From Pseudomonadota bacterium (GTDB taxonomy: Bacteria; Desulfobacterota; Desulfobacteria; Desulfobacterales; JBDRRP01): 64,000 nt of DNA. Numbering within the stretch: position 1 is the stretch's first letter; every line of letters starts with the position of its first letter. Below, in pieces: positions 19,008-28,964 of this stretch. The DNA is taken from contig JBDRRP010000041.1 of assembly GCA_043825735.1 (NCBI GenBank), positions 1 through 64,000 of the forward strand, written 5' to 3'. The notes under the pieces are model-generated. The model did no database searches. It had not been told where the DNA came from and was given only the letters and a program-made list of their open reading frames with translations. The translations under genes were made by a program, and so were the position numbers.

Positions 19008-21285
19008 ACGGGCATCGGCAGGCCTCTTTCTGGCGATTGTCGCCGGTGCGTTCATAGCCGCCTACCTGCACACCCTGCTGCTGCCCGGTGTTTTCACGAC
19101 ATGGGACCGGCAGAGCACCGATCAGCTCTTTGTGCTGCGCGACCGGTGGCAGGGCTTTCTGCCCCCACTGGATCCTCGGGTGGCCCACCTCGACCTGAAC
19201 AACAGCACCGTCGCGACCTTGGATCAATTTTACCTCGACCGGTCCCACTTTGCCCGCGTGATACAAAACCTGGGCACCATGGATGTGGCCGCCCAGATGT
19301 GGGACTTCATTTTTGCCGCTCGAGATACGCCGGCCCACGACCAGGCCATCATTGCGGCGACGGCCGCCGCCGGCAACGTCTACTTCGGCATGGCCCTGAC
19401 CTTGAGCCCTTCGACCATGGGGCCGGACGGCGCCACCCCGGCACCCCCTGCGACAGCGGGCGCGGTGTGGCACCCGCCGGTGGATGGCGGCGAAGGATCG
19501 CTCCTTGCCGGCGTGAATCCGCTGCCCACCTTCCAGGAACTGAGCCGGGCTGCCCGAGGCATCGGGTCTTTGAGCGTCACCTTCGACCGGGACGGCGTGC
19601 TGCGCCGGGTCCCGCTGCTGGTGCGCTACGGCGGCGGTGTGGTGCCGATTCTGCCGCTTCGGGTGGCGTGTGACCTGCTGAAGGTGCCGCCGGAACGCAT
19701 CGTCGTAAGACCCGGAGACAGCATCACGTTGACCGGGGCGCTCACCCCTGGAAGCCTGTCGCCCATGGACATCCGGATCCCCATCGATCGCCGCGGCAAC
19801 ATGATCGTCAACTACGCCGGCCCCTGGGGGCGCATGCCCCACTACAACATGGCCGACATCCTCACCGCCTCGGCCGACCGGGACCTGCTCGAAATGTGGG
19901 GAGAAGAGTTGCGCGGGAAGATTCTCGTCATCTCGGACATCACCACCGGGGCGGCCGATCTGGGCACGGTACCCGGTGATGCCGCTTATCCCTTGAGCGG
20001 CGTGCATGCCAATATCATCAACAGCATTCTCACCGGGAGATTTCTGAGGGAAATCAGCGCCGTGGGCATGATCGCCATCGAGGCCGCCCTGATGCTCGCC
20101 GTCTGGATGCTCTCTCTGCGGTGTTCATCGGTGGCCTTCGGGATCGGCAGCATCCTGATGAGTCTCGGATACATCGCCTTTGCTGTCGGCGTGTTTCTGC
20201 ACATCGGCCTGATCGTGAGCATCGTCCGCCCGCTGCAGATGATGATGTTCTCAGTCGGAGGCATCTTAATGGCCCGCTACGTGTCCGAGGAGCGGGAAAA
20301 AATAGAAAGCCTGCGTGAGCGCGACCACATCCGCGCCACCTTCGGCCGCTACCTCAGCAACGAAGTGGTGGAAGAGCTGCTGGCCGCACCCGAAGGATAC
20401 CAGACCGGCGGCGAATCCCGCGTCGTCACCTTCCTGGTGGCGGACCTGCGCGGCTTTACCGCCATGACCGCCGCCCTGGTTCCGGAAACCGTCATCGACA
20501 TCCTCAACCGGTTCCTGGCGGCCATGGTGCCGATCATTGCCCGTCATCGGGGCACGGTGGATGAAATCCTGGGCGACGGGCTGCTGGTGTTTTTCGGCGC
20601 GCCGATCCCGCGGGACAATGATGCGCGCCGGGCGATCGTGTGCGCCGTGGAAATGCAAAACGCTCTGGATGGGTTGAACGCCGCCCAGCGACACAACGGT
20701 CTGCCGGCGTTGGAGATGGGCATCGGCATTCATACCGGCACGGTGGTGGTGGGTACCATCGGCTCGCAAACCCGTGCCAAATACGGCGCAGTGGGCAGCG
20801 CCATCAACACGGCCTTCCGGATAGAATCCCATTCGGTGGGCGGGCAAGTGCTCATCAGTGAGGCCACCCGCACCGCAGTGGGCGATGCGGTGATCATCCG
20901 CGAGCGGATGCAGGCTCGGTTTAAGGGCCTCGATGGGGTCACGACGATTTACGACATTGCCGGCGTATCGGAAGCGGCAGGGCCCGTGCTGGCGCCGACC
21001 AAACCGCAGGTTCTCACGCCGCTGACCGAGGCCCGCAGTGTCCGGTGCTTTGTGATCTGCGACAAGGAAATCGACGAAACACCGCTGCCCGGGCAGGTGA
21101 TTGCCGCGGGAAATGACGTCATCGATCTTCGGCTCGACGCTGCCGTGCCGCTGTTAACGGATCTCAAAATTCTCTTCGATGAACCGGCGGAGGGCGCCTC
21201 TGGGGAACGATACGGCAAGGTGACCGACGAAATCCGGGAAACGGGCGCGCTGCGCGTCACCCTCACCGGCCGGTTTTTCCGCTAA
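18994..21285 (+). CDS. CHASE2-domain membrane class III nucleotidyl cyclase (Cya2-like)
   Basis: DRDGVLRRVPL and SGVHANIINSIL (CHASE2), three TM helices, ADLRGFT, DEILGDG, KYGAVGSAINTAFRIE. Confidence 0.9.
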   Translation: MTTGKRASAGLFLAIVAGAFIAAYLHTLLLPGVFTTWDRQSTDQLFVLRDRWQGFLPPLDPRVAHLDLNNSTVATLDQFYLDRSHFARVIQNLGTMDVAAQMWDFIFAARDTPAHDQAIIAATAAAGNVYFGMALTLSPSTMGPDGATPAPPATAGAVWHPPVDGGEGSLLAGVNPLPTFQELSRAARGIGSLSVTFDRDGVLRRVPLLVRYGGGVVPILPLRVACDLLKVPPERIVVRPGDSITLTGALTPGSLSPMDIRIPIDRRGNMIVNYAGPWGRMPHYNMADILTASADRDLLEMWGEELRGKILVISDITTGAADLGTVPGDAAYPLSGVHANIINSILTGRFLREISAVGMIAIEAALMLAVWMLSLRCSSVAFGIGSILMSLGYIAFAVGVFLHIGLIVSIVRPLQMMMFSVGGILMARYVSEEREKIESLRERDHIRATFGRYLSNEVVEELLAAPEGYQTGGESRVVTFLVADLRGFTAMTAALVPETVIDILNRFLAAMVPIIARHRGTVDEILGDGLLVFFGAPIPRDNDARRAIVCAVEMQNALDGLNAAQRHNGLPALEMGIGIHTGTVVVGTIGSQTRAKYGAVGSAINTAFRIESHSVGGQVLISEATRTAVGDAVIIRERMQARFKGLDGVTTIYDIAGVSEAAGPVLAPTKPQVLTPLTEARSVRCFVICDKEIDETPLPGQVIAAGNDVIDLRLDAAVPLLTDLKILFDEPAEGASGERYGKVTDEIRETGALRVTLTGRFFR

Positions 21286-21468
21286 GGACCGGCAGGGTCC
21301 TCCTGAATGTGCGCTTTGGCGCTCCACCGGCATTGCGCTTTTCAAATACCCGCCACAGGGTCTGATGAACCAAGGTGATGCAAAGCATTGACTGGAAGGC
21401 CGACGCCGGTTCTGATACAAAGTCATTACCAGATAGACCCGTGGGCCCCCGCCGGAGGAAAACGCGAC

Positions 21469-22773
21469 ATGACACCACTCAGCCCCAAAACCGTTCACCG
21501 AAAGCTCATCATCCGGGTGCTGGCAATGGGTATCGCCATTGCCGCCATCGTCGGGTTCGGCATGTGGACGAGCGAAAAAAACGCTATCGGCCGTGACATC
21601 CTGGCCGGGGCCGAGGCCGGATTCGGATTGCTGAACGAGGGGATCCGTCCGCTCCTGGACGCCCCCCGGCAGCTTCCCGCAGAACGACTCCGGCAGGCGC
21701 TGGCGCTGGCCATGAGCCAGCGCCGCGCCAATCCCCTGGGTCGGTTTGTCTGGATCGGCGTCTACGATTTGAAGGGGCGGCCGGTGGCCAGTGCCATCGA
21801 CGATGCGATCATGCCCGTGAACGGCCTGAGCGATGTGGTGGGCCGGCAGGGCCTGCGCCTTGAAAAATACAGCACCCTGGCCTTCGAGGTCGTCATGCTC
21901 TCCGGCACGCCCTACATCCGCATCATCTCACCGCTGAAAAACGATCTGGGAGATCTTGCCGCCTACGGGGAAACGGTATTTGCCGTGGCGCCGGAAGTAC
22001 TGAACGCCATCCGGGCGCGGGCGATCCGCCGGGGACTCATATCGGCGGCCGTGGTGCTGCTCACGGCTGCGCTGATCTACCCGGTGGTACTGACCCTGCT
22101 CAACCGGGTCACCGCCCTTTCGACGCGGCTCTTTGAGGCCAACCTTGAAATCCTGAAAGTCCTGGGCAGCGCCATCGCCAAACGCGACAGCGACACCGAC
22201 GCCCACAATTACCGGGTCACCCTGATCGCCGTGAAGCTAGGCGCCGCCGTCGGTCTGGGCGACGACGACATGCGCCGCCTTATCAAGGGTGCCTTTCTCC
22301 ACGACGTTGGGAAAATCGGCATTCAGGATGCCATCCTCCACAAACCCGGACGTCTCGACGAAAACGAATTCGCCGTCATGAAACAGCACGTCCCCTACGG
22401 GCTGGAAATCGTCGACAAAGCCGAATGGATCCGCGATGCCGTCGACATCGTCGCCTATCACCACGAAAAGTATGACGGTTCGGGCTATGGCAGCAGCATG
22501 AAAGGCACCGACATCCCCTTGGCGGCCCGTATTTTTGCCATCGCAGACGTCTTCGATGCGCTCACCTCGCGGCGCCCTTACAAGGAGCCCTTCTCCCTGG
22601 AAAAGACCATGACCATCATCGGCGAAAGCCGGGGCTCTCATTTTGACCCGGCCCTGGTGGACACCTTCGCCGCCATGGCTGCCGATATTTACGAAACCTA
22701 CGCCGGCCGCGAAGATGACGGTCTGCGCCGGGAGTTGGACGAGATCATCCACCGGTATTTCTATACCGCCTGA
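21469..22773 (+). CDS. membrane-bound HD-GYP family phosphodiesterase
   Basis: Two TM helices; LHDVGKIG, HHEKYDGSGYG, ADVFDALTSRRPYK. Confidence 0.9.
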   Translation: MTPLSPKTVHRKLIIRVLAMGIAIAAIVGFGMWTSEKNAIGRDILAGAEAGFGLLNEGIRPLLDAPRQLPAERLRQALALAMSQRRANPLGRFVWIGVYDLKGRPVASAIDDAIMPVNGLSDVVGRQGLRLEKYSTLAFEVVMLSGTPYIRIISPLKNDLGDLAAYGETVFAVAPEVLNAIRARAIRRGLISAAVVLLTAALIYPVVLTLLNRVTALSTRLFEANLEILKVLGSAIAKRDSDTDAHNYRVTLIAVKLGAAVGLGDDDMRRLIKGAFLHDVGKIGIQDAILHKPGRLDENEFAVMKQHVPYGLEIVDKAEWIRDAVDIVAYHHEKYDGSGYGSSMKGTDIPLAARIFAIADVFDALTSRRPYKEPFSLEKTMTIIGESRGSHFDPALVDTFAAMAADIYETYAGREDDGLRRELDEIIHRYFYTA

Positions 22774-22901
22774 GTCCGTGTGACCGATGCCGAATCCAGC
22801 ACCCGAAGGTGGCGCACGCATCGTGTACGAGCGGATTTCACCTATCCCCGTTATGTGATGGAACTACTCGATTTCAGCTCACGTGACCATAAAAAACAGC
22901 T

Positions 22902-23056
22902 AAAACCGACTCTCGCGCGGAGGCGCAAAGGCGCAGAGGAAAACGAACGTTGAACATCGAACATCCAACGTCGAATGATGAATGGAAAAACCAGTTGGGC
23001 GTTCATCTTTTTCCGCAATTCTCTGCGTCTTGGCGCCTCTGCGCGAAAACGGTTTT
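22902..23056. repeat. palindromic intergenic repeat element
   Basis: Inverted arms AAAACCG..CGCGCGGAGGCGCAAAGGCGCAGAG / CTCTGCGTCTTGGCGCCTCTGCGCG..CGGTTTT. The 40 bp core at 22954-22993 is identical, inverted, to 36549-36588. Confidence 0.8.
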
Positions 23057-23098
23057 GGCTGTCGTTTTTGGTTTATTGGAACCGGCACAGGCAAGGAT

Positions 23099-24601
23099 AT
23101 GAAGAAAGCACCGCATGATGATGCAAACGCTGCCACGCCGGTGATATTCCTCGACCGGATCACCGTGCGGGTGCGGGACCGGCACATCCTGGCCGGCACC
23201 ACCTGGCGCATTCTTCCCGGCGCGCAGTGGGCCGTGATCGGGCCCAACGGTGCGGGCAAATCCACCCTGGTCAAGGCCGCCGCCGGCCTGGCCCCGGTGG
23301 TGGCCGGCACGGCACACCGTGACGGGATACCCGGTGGCCGGATCCCCACAGGGTACCTCTCCTTCGAACGGCACCGGGATCTCATCGCCCGGGAAGACGG
23401 GATGGATCACGCCCGGCATTTCAGCGGACGCCTGGACGATGTCACCACCGTGAACCAGTGGCTGGGGACAGCGCCGGGCGCCGCGGCCGACTTCAGCGGC
23501 ACGGTGCTGGACATCACCCACCTCGGGGGCCGCCCCATCCGCCACCTGTCCACCGGAGAAATACGGAAAGTACTTCTGTTTGATGCCTTGCGCCGGGCAC
23601 CCCGCCTGCTCATCCTGGACGAACCCTTCGACGGCCTCGATCCGCCCAGCCGCCAGCAGCTTCGCGCCGCCATCGAAACCCTCATGCAGCGCGGGCAGCA
23701 GGTCATCCTGGTAACCCACCGAATGGCGGATCTGCCCCGGGGGATCACCCACGTACTGGAAGTGCGCGACGGGGCGGTCTTCCGGCAGGGCCCCATCGCG
23801 GACATGGACGTCCCGGGCTCCGAACGCCTCAGGAAGGATATCCCTGCGATCGCCCCCGCCGCGCCCCTGCGCCGTCGCTCGCGGTCCGTGGAACCCGCGT
23901 CCGCCCCGCTCATCGATATGCGGCGGGTGACGGTGGCCTACGGCGCGCAGGTGATCCTCAAGCAGGTCGACTGGCGGGTGATGCCCGGAGAAAACTGGGC
24001 CGTGGCCGGTCCCAATGGTGCGGGAAAATCAACGCTGCTCAGCCTGGTGACCGCCGACAACCCCCAGGCCTACGCCAACGACATCCGGCTCTTCGGCCGA
24101 CGTCGGGGCAGCGGGGAAAGCATCTGGGTGATCAAGGCCCGTATGGGGCACGTCTCCAGCGCGGTACAGATCGGCTACCGCACCGGCATCACGGCTGAAA
24201 ACGTGGTGGTGTCCGGCTTTTTCGACAGCATCGGGCTGTTTCGGCAGGCCACGGCCGCCCAGCGGCAAACCGCGCAACTGTGGATGACGCGGCTGGGCAT
24301 CGGTCACCTGGCGGCGCGTCCCTTCGACCAGCTCTCCCACGGCGAGCAGCGGATGGTGCTCCTCACCCGGGCCATAGTCAAAGATCCGTCACTGCTCATC
24401 CTCGATGAGCCCTGCCAGGGGCTGGATCCTCAAAACCGCCTGCGGGTTCTCGATCTGGTCGAGCGCATCGGCAGCCGCACGGCGGCCACGGTCATCTTCG
24501 TGACCCACTACCCCGAAGAGATCATGCCCTGTATCACCCACGAACTGGTCTTCGAATTGGCGCCGGAGGGCGGCTACCGCACCGTGGCGCGCAGTCGCTG
24601 A
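23099..24601 (+). CDS. duplicated ABC ATPase, ModF-like
   Basis: Two GPNGAGKST Walker A motifs; LSTGE and LSHGE; LILDEPFDGLD and LILDEPCQGLD; NPQAYAND. Confidence 0.85.
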   Translation: MKKAPHDDANAATPVIFLDRITVRVRDRHILAGTTWRILPGAQWAVIGPNGAGKSTLVKAAAGLAPVVAGTAHRDGIPGGRIPTGYLSFERHRDLIAREDGMDHARHFSGRLDDVTTVNQWLGTAPGAAADFSGTVLDITHLGGRPIRHLSTGEIRKVLLFDALRRAPRLLILDEPFDGLDPPSRQQLRAAIETLMQRGQQVILVTHRMADLPRGITHVLEVRDGAVFRQGPIADMDVPGSERLRKDIPAIAPAAPLRRRSRSVEPASAPLIDMRRVTVAYGAQVILKQVDWRVMPGENWAVAGPNGAGKSTLLSLVTADNPQAYANDIRLFGRRRGSGESIWVIKARMGHVSSAVQIGYRTGITAENVVVSGFFDSIGLFRQATAAQRQTAQLWMTRLGIGHLAARPFDQLSHGEQRMVLLTRAIVKDPSLLILDEPCQGLDPQNRLRVLDLVERIGSRTAATVIFVTHYPEEIMPCITHELVFELAPEGGYRTVARSR

Positions 24602-24629
24602 CCGGATGACCGGACAACCCCGAAAGCGA

Positions 24630-24945
24630 AGAACATTTGACAGGATTTACAGGATATGGGCGGCCTGCGGCCGAACGGCAAGAAATGCTTTGAAGGGTGT
24701 TTCCGTGTACCGGCCCGAAGGGCATATGGGACGCGGATAACGCAGATAAAAAGGGCGGCTGCGCCGTGAAAGCAACTGCAAAAGCGAATGAACCGCGGAT
24801 GACGCGGATGACGCAGATGGGCGCAAACGGTATAAGACGGCCTGCGGCCGCCGAGGGCATCCGCCTTCGCCAAGGCTACGGCGGACAAGGTACCGGGCGC
24901 CGTTTCTTTTGGTTCTTTTCTTTGGGCGAGCAAAGAAAAGAACGG
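24630..24945. repeat. cluster of 9-mer periodic repeats and REP-like hairpins
   Basis: ACAGGATTTACAGGAT, CGCGGATAACGCAGAT, CGCGGATGACGCGGATGACGCAGAT. Hairpins at 24861-24884 and GTTCTTTTCTTTG-N6-CAAAGAAAAGAAC (24912-24943). Confidence 0.7.
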
Positions 24946-25255
24946 CTTTCTCTCGCATCAGGCTTCGCGATCGACGCTTCGCCCGACAAACCGCCCTGAC
25001 CGGAAAAACGCAGAGGATGGAAAAACAACACCCAAAGGCAACTGCAGAACACAGGAACCCGGCAAAGGCCTATTGACCTATTGACAAGCTGCCTGGCACG
25101 CCAGATGATATGCGCGTTGCGATCGTGCCACCGCCAGCCGGCCTCTGGTCGCAGGAGAGAATCATAATAACTTTTTTTCCGCGCCCTCAGCGCGGCTGCG
25201 TAGATATCTGGTTCTTACGTGGCGGCCAGCATCATCTCCCTCTTAACCCTGCAAC

Positions 25256-26713
25256 ATGGACGGATTCATGGACCCCAAGACACAGACCGTCATCGACCTT
25301 TTCGGCCGGATCAACGCCATCCCGAGATGCTCAAAAAACGAGGCGGCCATCTGCCGGTGGCTCGAGCAGTGGGCCGGCGATCACGGATTCCCGGTTCGAC
25401 GCGACGCCGTCGCCAACCTCGTCATCGATGTTCCGGCCACCCCCGGATATGAATCCGCCCCGCTGGTGGTCTTCCAGGGCCATGTGGACATGGTCTGCGA
25501 AAAGCGCCCAGAGGTGGTGCACGATTTTACCAAAGACCCCATCACCCTGGTCACCGACGGTGACTGGCTCAAAGCCGACGGCACCTCTCTGGGTGCCGAC
25601 AACGGCATCGCCGTGGCGCTGGCCATGGCCCTTGCCACCGATAACACCATCGACAGGCCGCCCATGGAACTGCTCATGACCGTGGACGAGGAAACCGGAC
25701 TGACCGGCGCCATGGAACTTAAGCCGGGCTTTGTCAAAGGAAGGATTCTTCTCAATGTCGACTCGGAAGACGACGGCGTTTTCACCGTGGGCTGCGCCGG
25801 CGGCAAAGACGCCACGGTGTCGCTAACACTGGAGACTTCGCCGGTGCCTGAATCATGGTCGTTTTTCCGCGTCGCCGCCGGCGGTATGCAGGGCGGCCAT
25901 TCGGGCATCGACATCGCGAAACACCGGGCCAATGCCAACAAAATCCTGGCCCGCGCCCTGGACCACCTGCGACAGCACCACGACGTGCGGCTGGTCGAAA
26001 TGACCGGGGGCACCGTCCACAACGCCATACCCCGCGATTCTGCGGCGGTTTTCACAAGCCCGGCATCGGTAGACGCCCTGAAAACGCTCCTGGTTCCTTT
26101 GGCGCAGGCGTTGCGTTCGGAATACCATACCACCGAACCCGACATGCGCCTCACGGTGACTGCGGAATTGCCGCCGTCGACCGGTGCGGCCGTTTCGCTG
26201 GAACAGAGCCGGCGCATCATCGATCTGCTCATGGCCCTGCCGACGGGGGTTTCGGAATTTTCTCCCGATATCGACGGTCTGGTGGAAACCTCGAACAACC
26301 TGGCCGTAGTGAAAACGGCCGACGGCAAGCTCGAAGTACTCTCCAGCCAGCGCAGCTCGGTGCCCTCCAGGCTGACCGCCATCTGCCGGCGCGTGGAAAG
26401 CCTTGCCAACCTTGCCGGCGCCGGCATCTCCTGGGACACCGGCTATCCGCCGTGGCCGCCGGACATGGCCTCGCCGCTGCTGGCCCGTTGTAAAAACGTC
26501 TACCGCGATACCTTCGGCGCCGAACCAGTGGTGGAAATCATCCACGCCGGCCTGGAATGCGCCGTCATCGGTTCGGTCTACCCGGGGATGGACATGATCT
26601 CGTTCGGCCCCACCATGAAAAACCCGCACTCTCCCGACGAGCGCCTCTACCTGCCCTCGGTAGACAATATCTGGAAGTTTCTGGTGGCCTTGCTCGCGTC
26701 GTTTAAGGAGTGA
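25256..26713 (+). CDS. pepD: aminoacyl-histidine dipeptidase (peptidase D, M20C)
   Basis: QGHVDMV, LGADNGI, TVDEETG, NVDSED, GGHSG, IHAGLEC, PHSPDE. Confidence 0.93.
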   Translation: MDGFMDPKTQTVIDLFGRINAIPRCSKNEAAICRWLEQWAGDHGFPVRRDAVANLVIDVPATPGYESAPLVVFQGHVDMVCEKRPEVVHDFTKDPITLVTDGDWLKADGTSLGADNGIAVALAMALATDNTIDRPPMELLMTVDEETGLTGAMELKPGFVKGRILLNVDSEDDGVFTVGCAGGKDATVSLTLETSPVPESWSFFRVAAGGMQGGHSGIDIAKHRANANKILARALDHLRQHHDVRLVEMTGGTVHNAIPRDSAAVFTSPASVDALKTLLVPLAQALRSEYHTTEPDMRLTVTAELPPSTGAAVSLEQSRRIIDLLMALPTGVSEFSPDIDGLVETSNNLAVVKTADGKLEVLSSQRSSVPSRLTAICRRVESLANLAGAGISWDTGYPPWPPDMASPLLARCKNVYRDTFGAEPVVEIIHAGLECAVIGSVYPGMDMISFGPTMKNPHSPDERLYLPSVDNIWKFLVALLASFKE

Positions 26714-26738
26714 TGTTTACCCCGTAAATATTCCTTCG

Positions 26739-26875
26739 CCCGTCATGCCGGACTTGATCCGGCATCCAGCAGCGCTACCAGCTGTAATCGGGGTTTCGAT
26801 AGGCCCTGGCTTCCGCATGAAGTCAGGTACCAGTATCTGAAATGGCCGGATCCCGGCCTTCGCCGGGATGACGGG
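26739..26875. repeat. REP-like paired palindromes between convergent genes
   Basis: CCCGTCATGCCGGACTTGATCCGGCAT ... ATCCCGGCCTTCGCCGGGATGACGGG: outer inverted repeat with two inner hairpins. Confidence 0.75.
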
Positions 26876-26957
26876 AAAGTGCGTATTGCGGTCCCATCGG
26901 TGATGCCTTCCTGCAATAAAGACTTCGTGCAAAACCCGCGGCAACACCGAAGCCATT

Positions 26958-27626
26958 TCAGCTTTCCAAGTCAACCGTCTCCACCAGTACGGTCGCCGTC
27001 CCCTGCTCATAAAAACCCAGTTTTTTGGCGGCTCCCGCGCTCAGATCGATAATCCGGCCTTCGATGAAGGGACCGCGATCGTTCACCCAGACGATGATGC
27101 TGCGCCGGTTGCTCAGGTTGGTCACCCGCACGAAGACCGGCAGCGGCAGGTGTTTGTGGGCGGCGCTCAGCCCATCTGGATTGAAGGCCTCCCCGTTGGC
27201 GGTCATGTGCCCGTCCTGCTGACGATAGGTTTCATCCCCGTACCAGGATGCGATGCCTTTTTCGCGGTAGGTTTCTGCCTGAGCGACCGTCATGGGCACG
27301 TAGCGCTTGCCGCGGACCACGTAAGGCGCGTTCTTGACGCGCCCCTGGGCGATGGCCTCCTTGGGGGACAGGCCGTCGATACTTTCGATATCGTCGTGGG
27401 TCAAGGGCCAGGAAAGCGGTGCGGTAACCACGTCAAAAGTGAACTCGCCCACGGTGTAGACGGTGCTGCCGGCAAATTTGGTCACCTTATAGGCGGTCAC
27501 GAGGGTTCCCTTGGTCATGCGATAGGTGGTTTTCACCACGCCGCAGGCCGCCAAAATCACGCACGATGCTGCCGACAGCGTCATGAGAAGTAAAAACAGA
27601 TTTCTATTTCTTCCCTTGTCTTTCAT
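26958..27626 (-). CDS. rlpA: septal ring lytic transglycosylase RlpA family lipoprotein (no SPOR domain)
   Basis: Lipobox LAAC; GIASWYG, TANGE, SAAHKHLPLP, VNDRGPF, RIIDLS. Confidence 0.9.
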   Translation of the reverse strand: MKDKGRNRNLFLLLMTLSAASCVILAACGVVKTTYRMTKGTLVTAYKVTKFAGSTVYTVGEFTFDVVTAPLSWPLTHDDIESIDGLSPKEAIAQGRVKNAPYVVRGKRYVPMTVAQAETYREKGIASWYGDETYRQQDGHMTANGEAFNPDGLSAAHKHLPLPVFVRVTNLSNRRSIIVWVNDRGPFIEGRIIDLSAGAAKKLGFYEQGTATVLVETVDLES

Positions 27627-27998
27627 GTTTCATGACGGCGATATTGTTTGTTGAACCGTTCTGTTCATTTCGACCTGACCGGCACCGCGGCGATAGCGTA
27701 CTGCAGGAAGGTCGTTGAAATCAACTCCCGGCGGCGCCCCAAAGGGCGGCCGATGCCGCATCTTTCATGAGCACGCTGCAATCGCGCCCTGTCGCCTCAT
27801 GGCTCAGGTACCGTTCGACATTGATTGCGAACGGTTACCCAATAGCGTAAGATCGAAACGAACCGGAAAATCCGGACCCGCAGCGGCCGCCTGGTCGCCG
27901 CCCGGTTCCGGCACCGGCGGCGCTCCGGGGGATAAACCGCTGTCCGGAGATGATTTTTTGGTCGCGCCCCGAACCTTCTGTGATGAAAGCGTTCAGCC

Positions 27999-28895
27999 AT
28001 GCTGTTTCCCGTATCCGGCGTTGAAACCCACCCGCTCGTCCCCTTCCTGTCGGGCCTGGCTGTTTCCTTTTTCACCTCCATGGGGGGCGTCAGCGGCGCC
28101 TTTCTCCTGCTGCCCTTCCAAATGAGCGTTCTGGGATATACGGCGCCCTCGGTGAGCGCCACCAATCAGGTGTTCAATATCGTGGCCATCCCCAGCGGCG
28201 TCTATCGCTATATCCGTGAAGGCCGCATGCTCTGGCCGCTCACCTGGGCGGTGATCATCGGCACGCTGCCGGGCGTCTTCATCGGGGCCTGGGTGCGTGT
28301 GCGGTTTCTGCCCGACCCGAAGGCATTCAAATGCTTCGTCGGTGCGGTGATGATGTACATCGGCTGGCGTCTGACAGCGGACATCCTCAACGCGTGGCGA
28401 TCGACCCGGGGGGGCCTGCCAAAACAGGCCGCAGGGGATGCGTCCGTCAAAATACTGGAATCGACGATGCAATCGGTCCGCTTCACCTATGCGGGTGCCG
28501 AATACCGTTTTTCTCCGGTGGCGGTTTATGCGCTCTGTTTTCTGGTCGGCATCGCCGGCGGCATCTATGGCATCGGCGGCGGATCCATTGTCGCGCCCTT
28601 CTTCGTGGCGATCATCGGACTGCCGGTGTATACGGTGGCCGGCGCCGCCTTGATGGGAACCTTTGTGACTTCGGTGGCCGGGGTGGTATTTTTCCACCTG
28701 CTGGCCCTTGCCTACCCGGCGCAGTCCATAGCGCCCGATTGGTGGCTGGGCAGCCTGTTCGGCCTCGGCGGGCTCATCGGCATGTATGCCGGCGCCCGGG
28801 TGCAAAAGCATATCCCGGCGTGGGTGATCAAAATCATCCTGTGCGCCTGCGTCTTTTTCGTTGCCTTCAAATACATCCTCGGTTTTTTCCAGTAA
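27999..28895 (+). CDS. sulfite exporter TauE/SafE family protein
   Basis: SMGGVSGAFLLLPFQ and GGIYGIGGGSIVAP; multipass membrane protein. Confidence 0.85.
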   Translation: MLFPVSGVETHPLVPFLSGLAVSFFTSMGGVSGAFLLLPFQMSVLGYTAPSVSATNQVFNIVAIPSGVYRYIREGRMLWPLTWAVIIGTLPGVFIGAWVRVRFLPDPKAFKCFVGAVMMYIGWRLTADILNAWRSTRGGLPKQAAGDASVKILESTMQSVRFTYAGAEYRFSPVAVYALCFLVGIAGGIYGIGGGSIVAPFFVAIIGLPVYTVAGAALMGTFVTSVAGVVFFHLLALAYPAQSIAPDWWLGSLFGLGGLIGMYAGARVQKHIPAWVIKIILCACVFFVAFKYILGFFQ

Positions 28896-28964
28896 CCCGA
28901 AAGACTTGGACTCGAAATTGCTTGTCCGAAACCAGGCCATAGCTCTCAATAACCGGGAGGTGTC

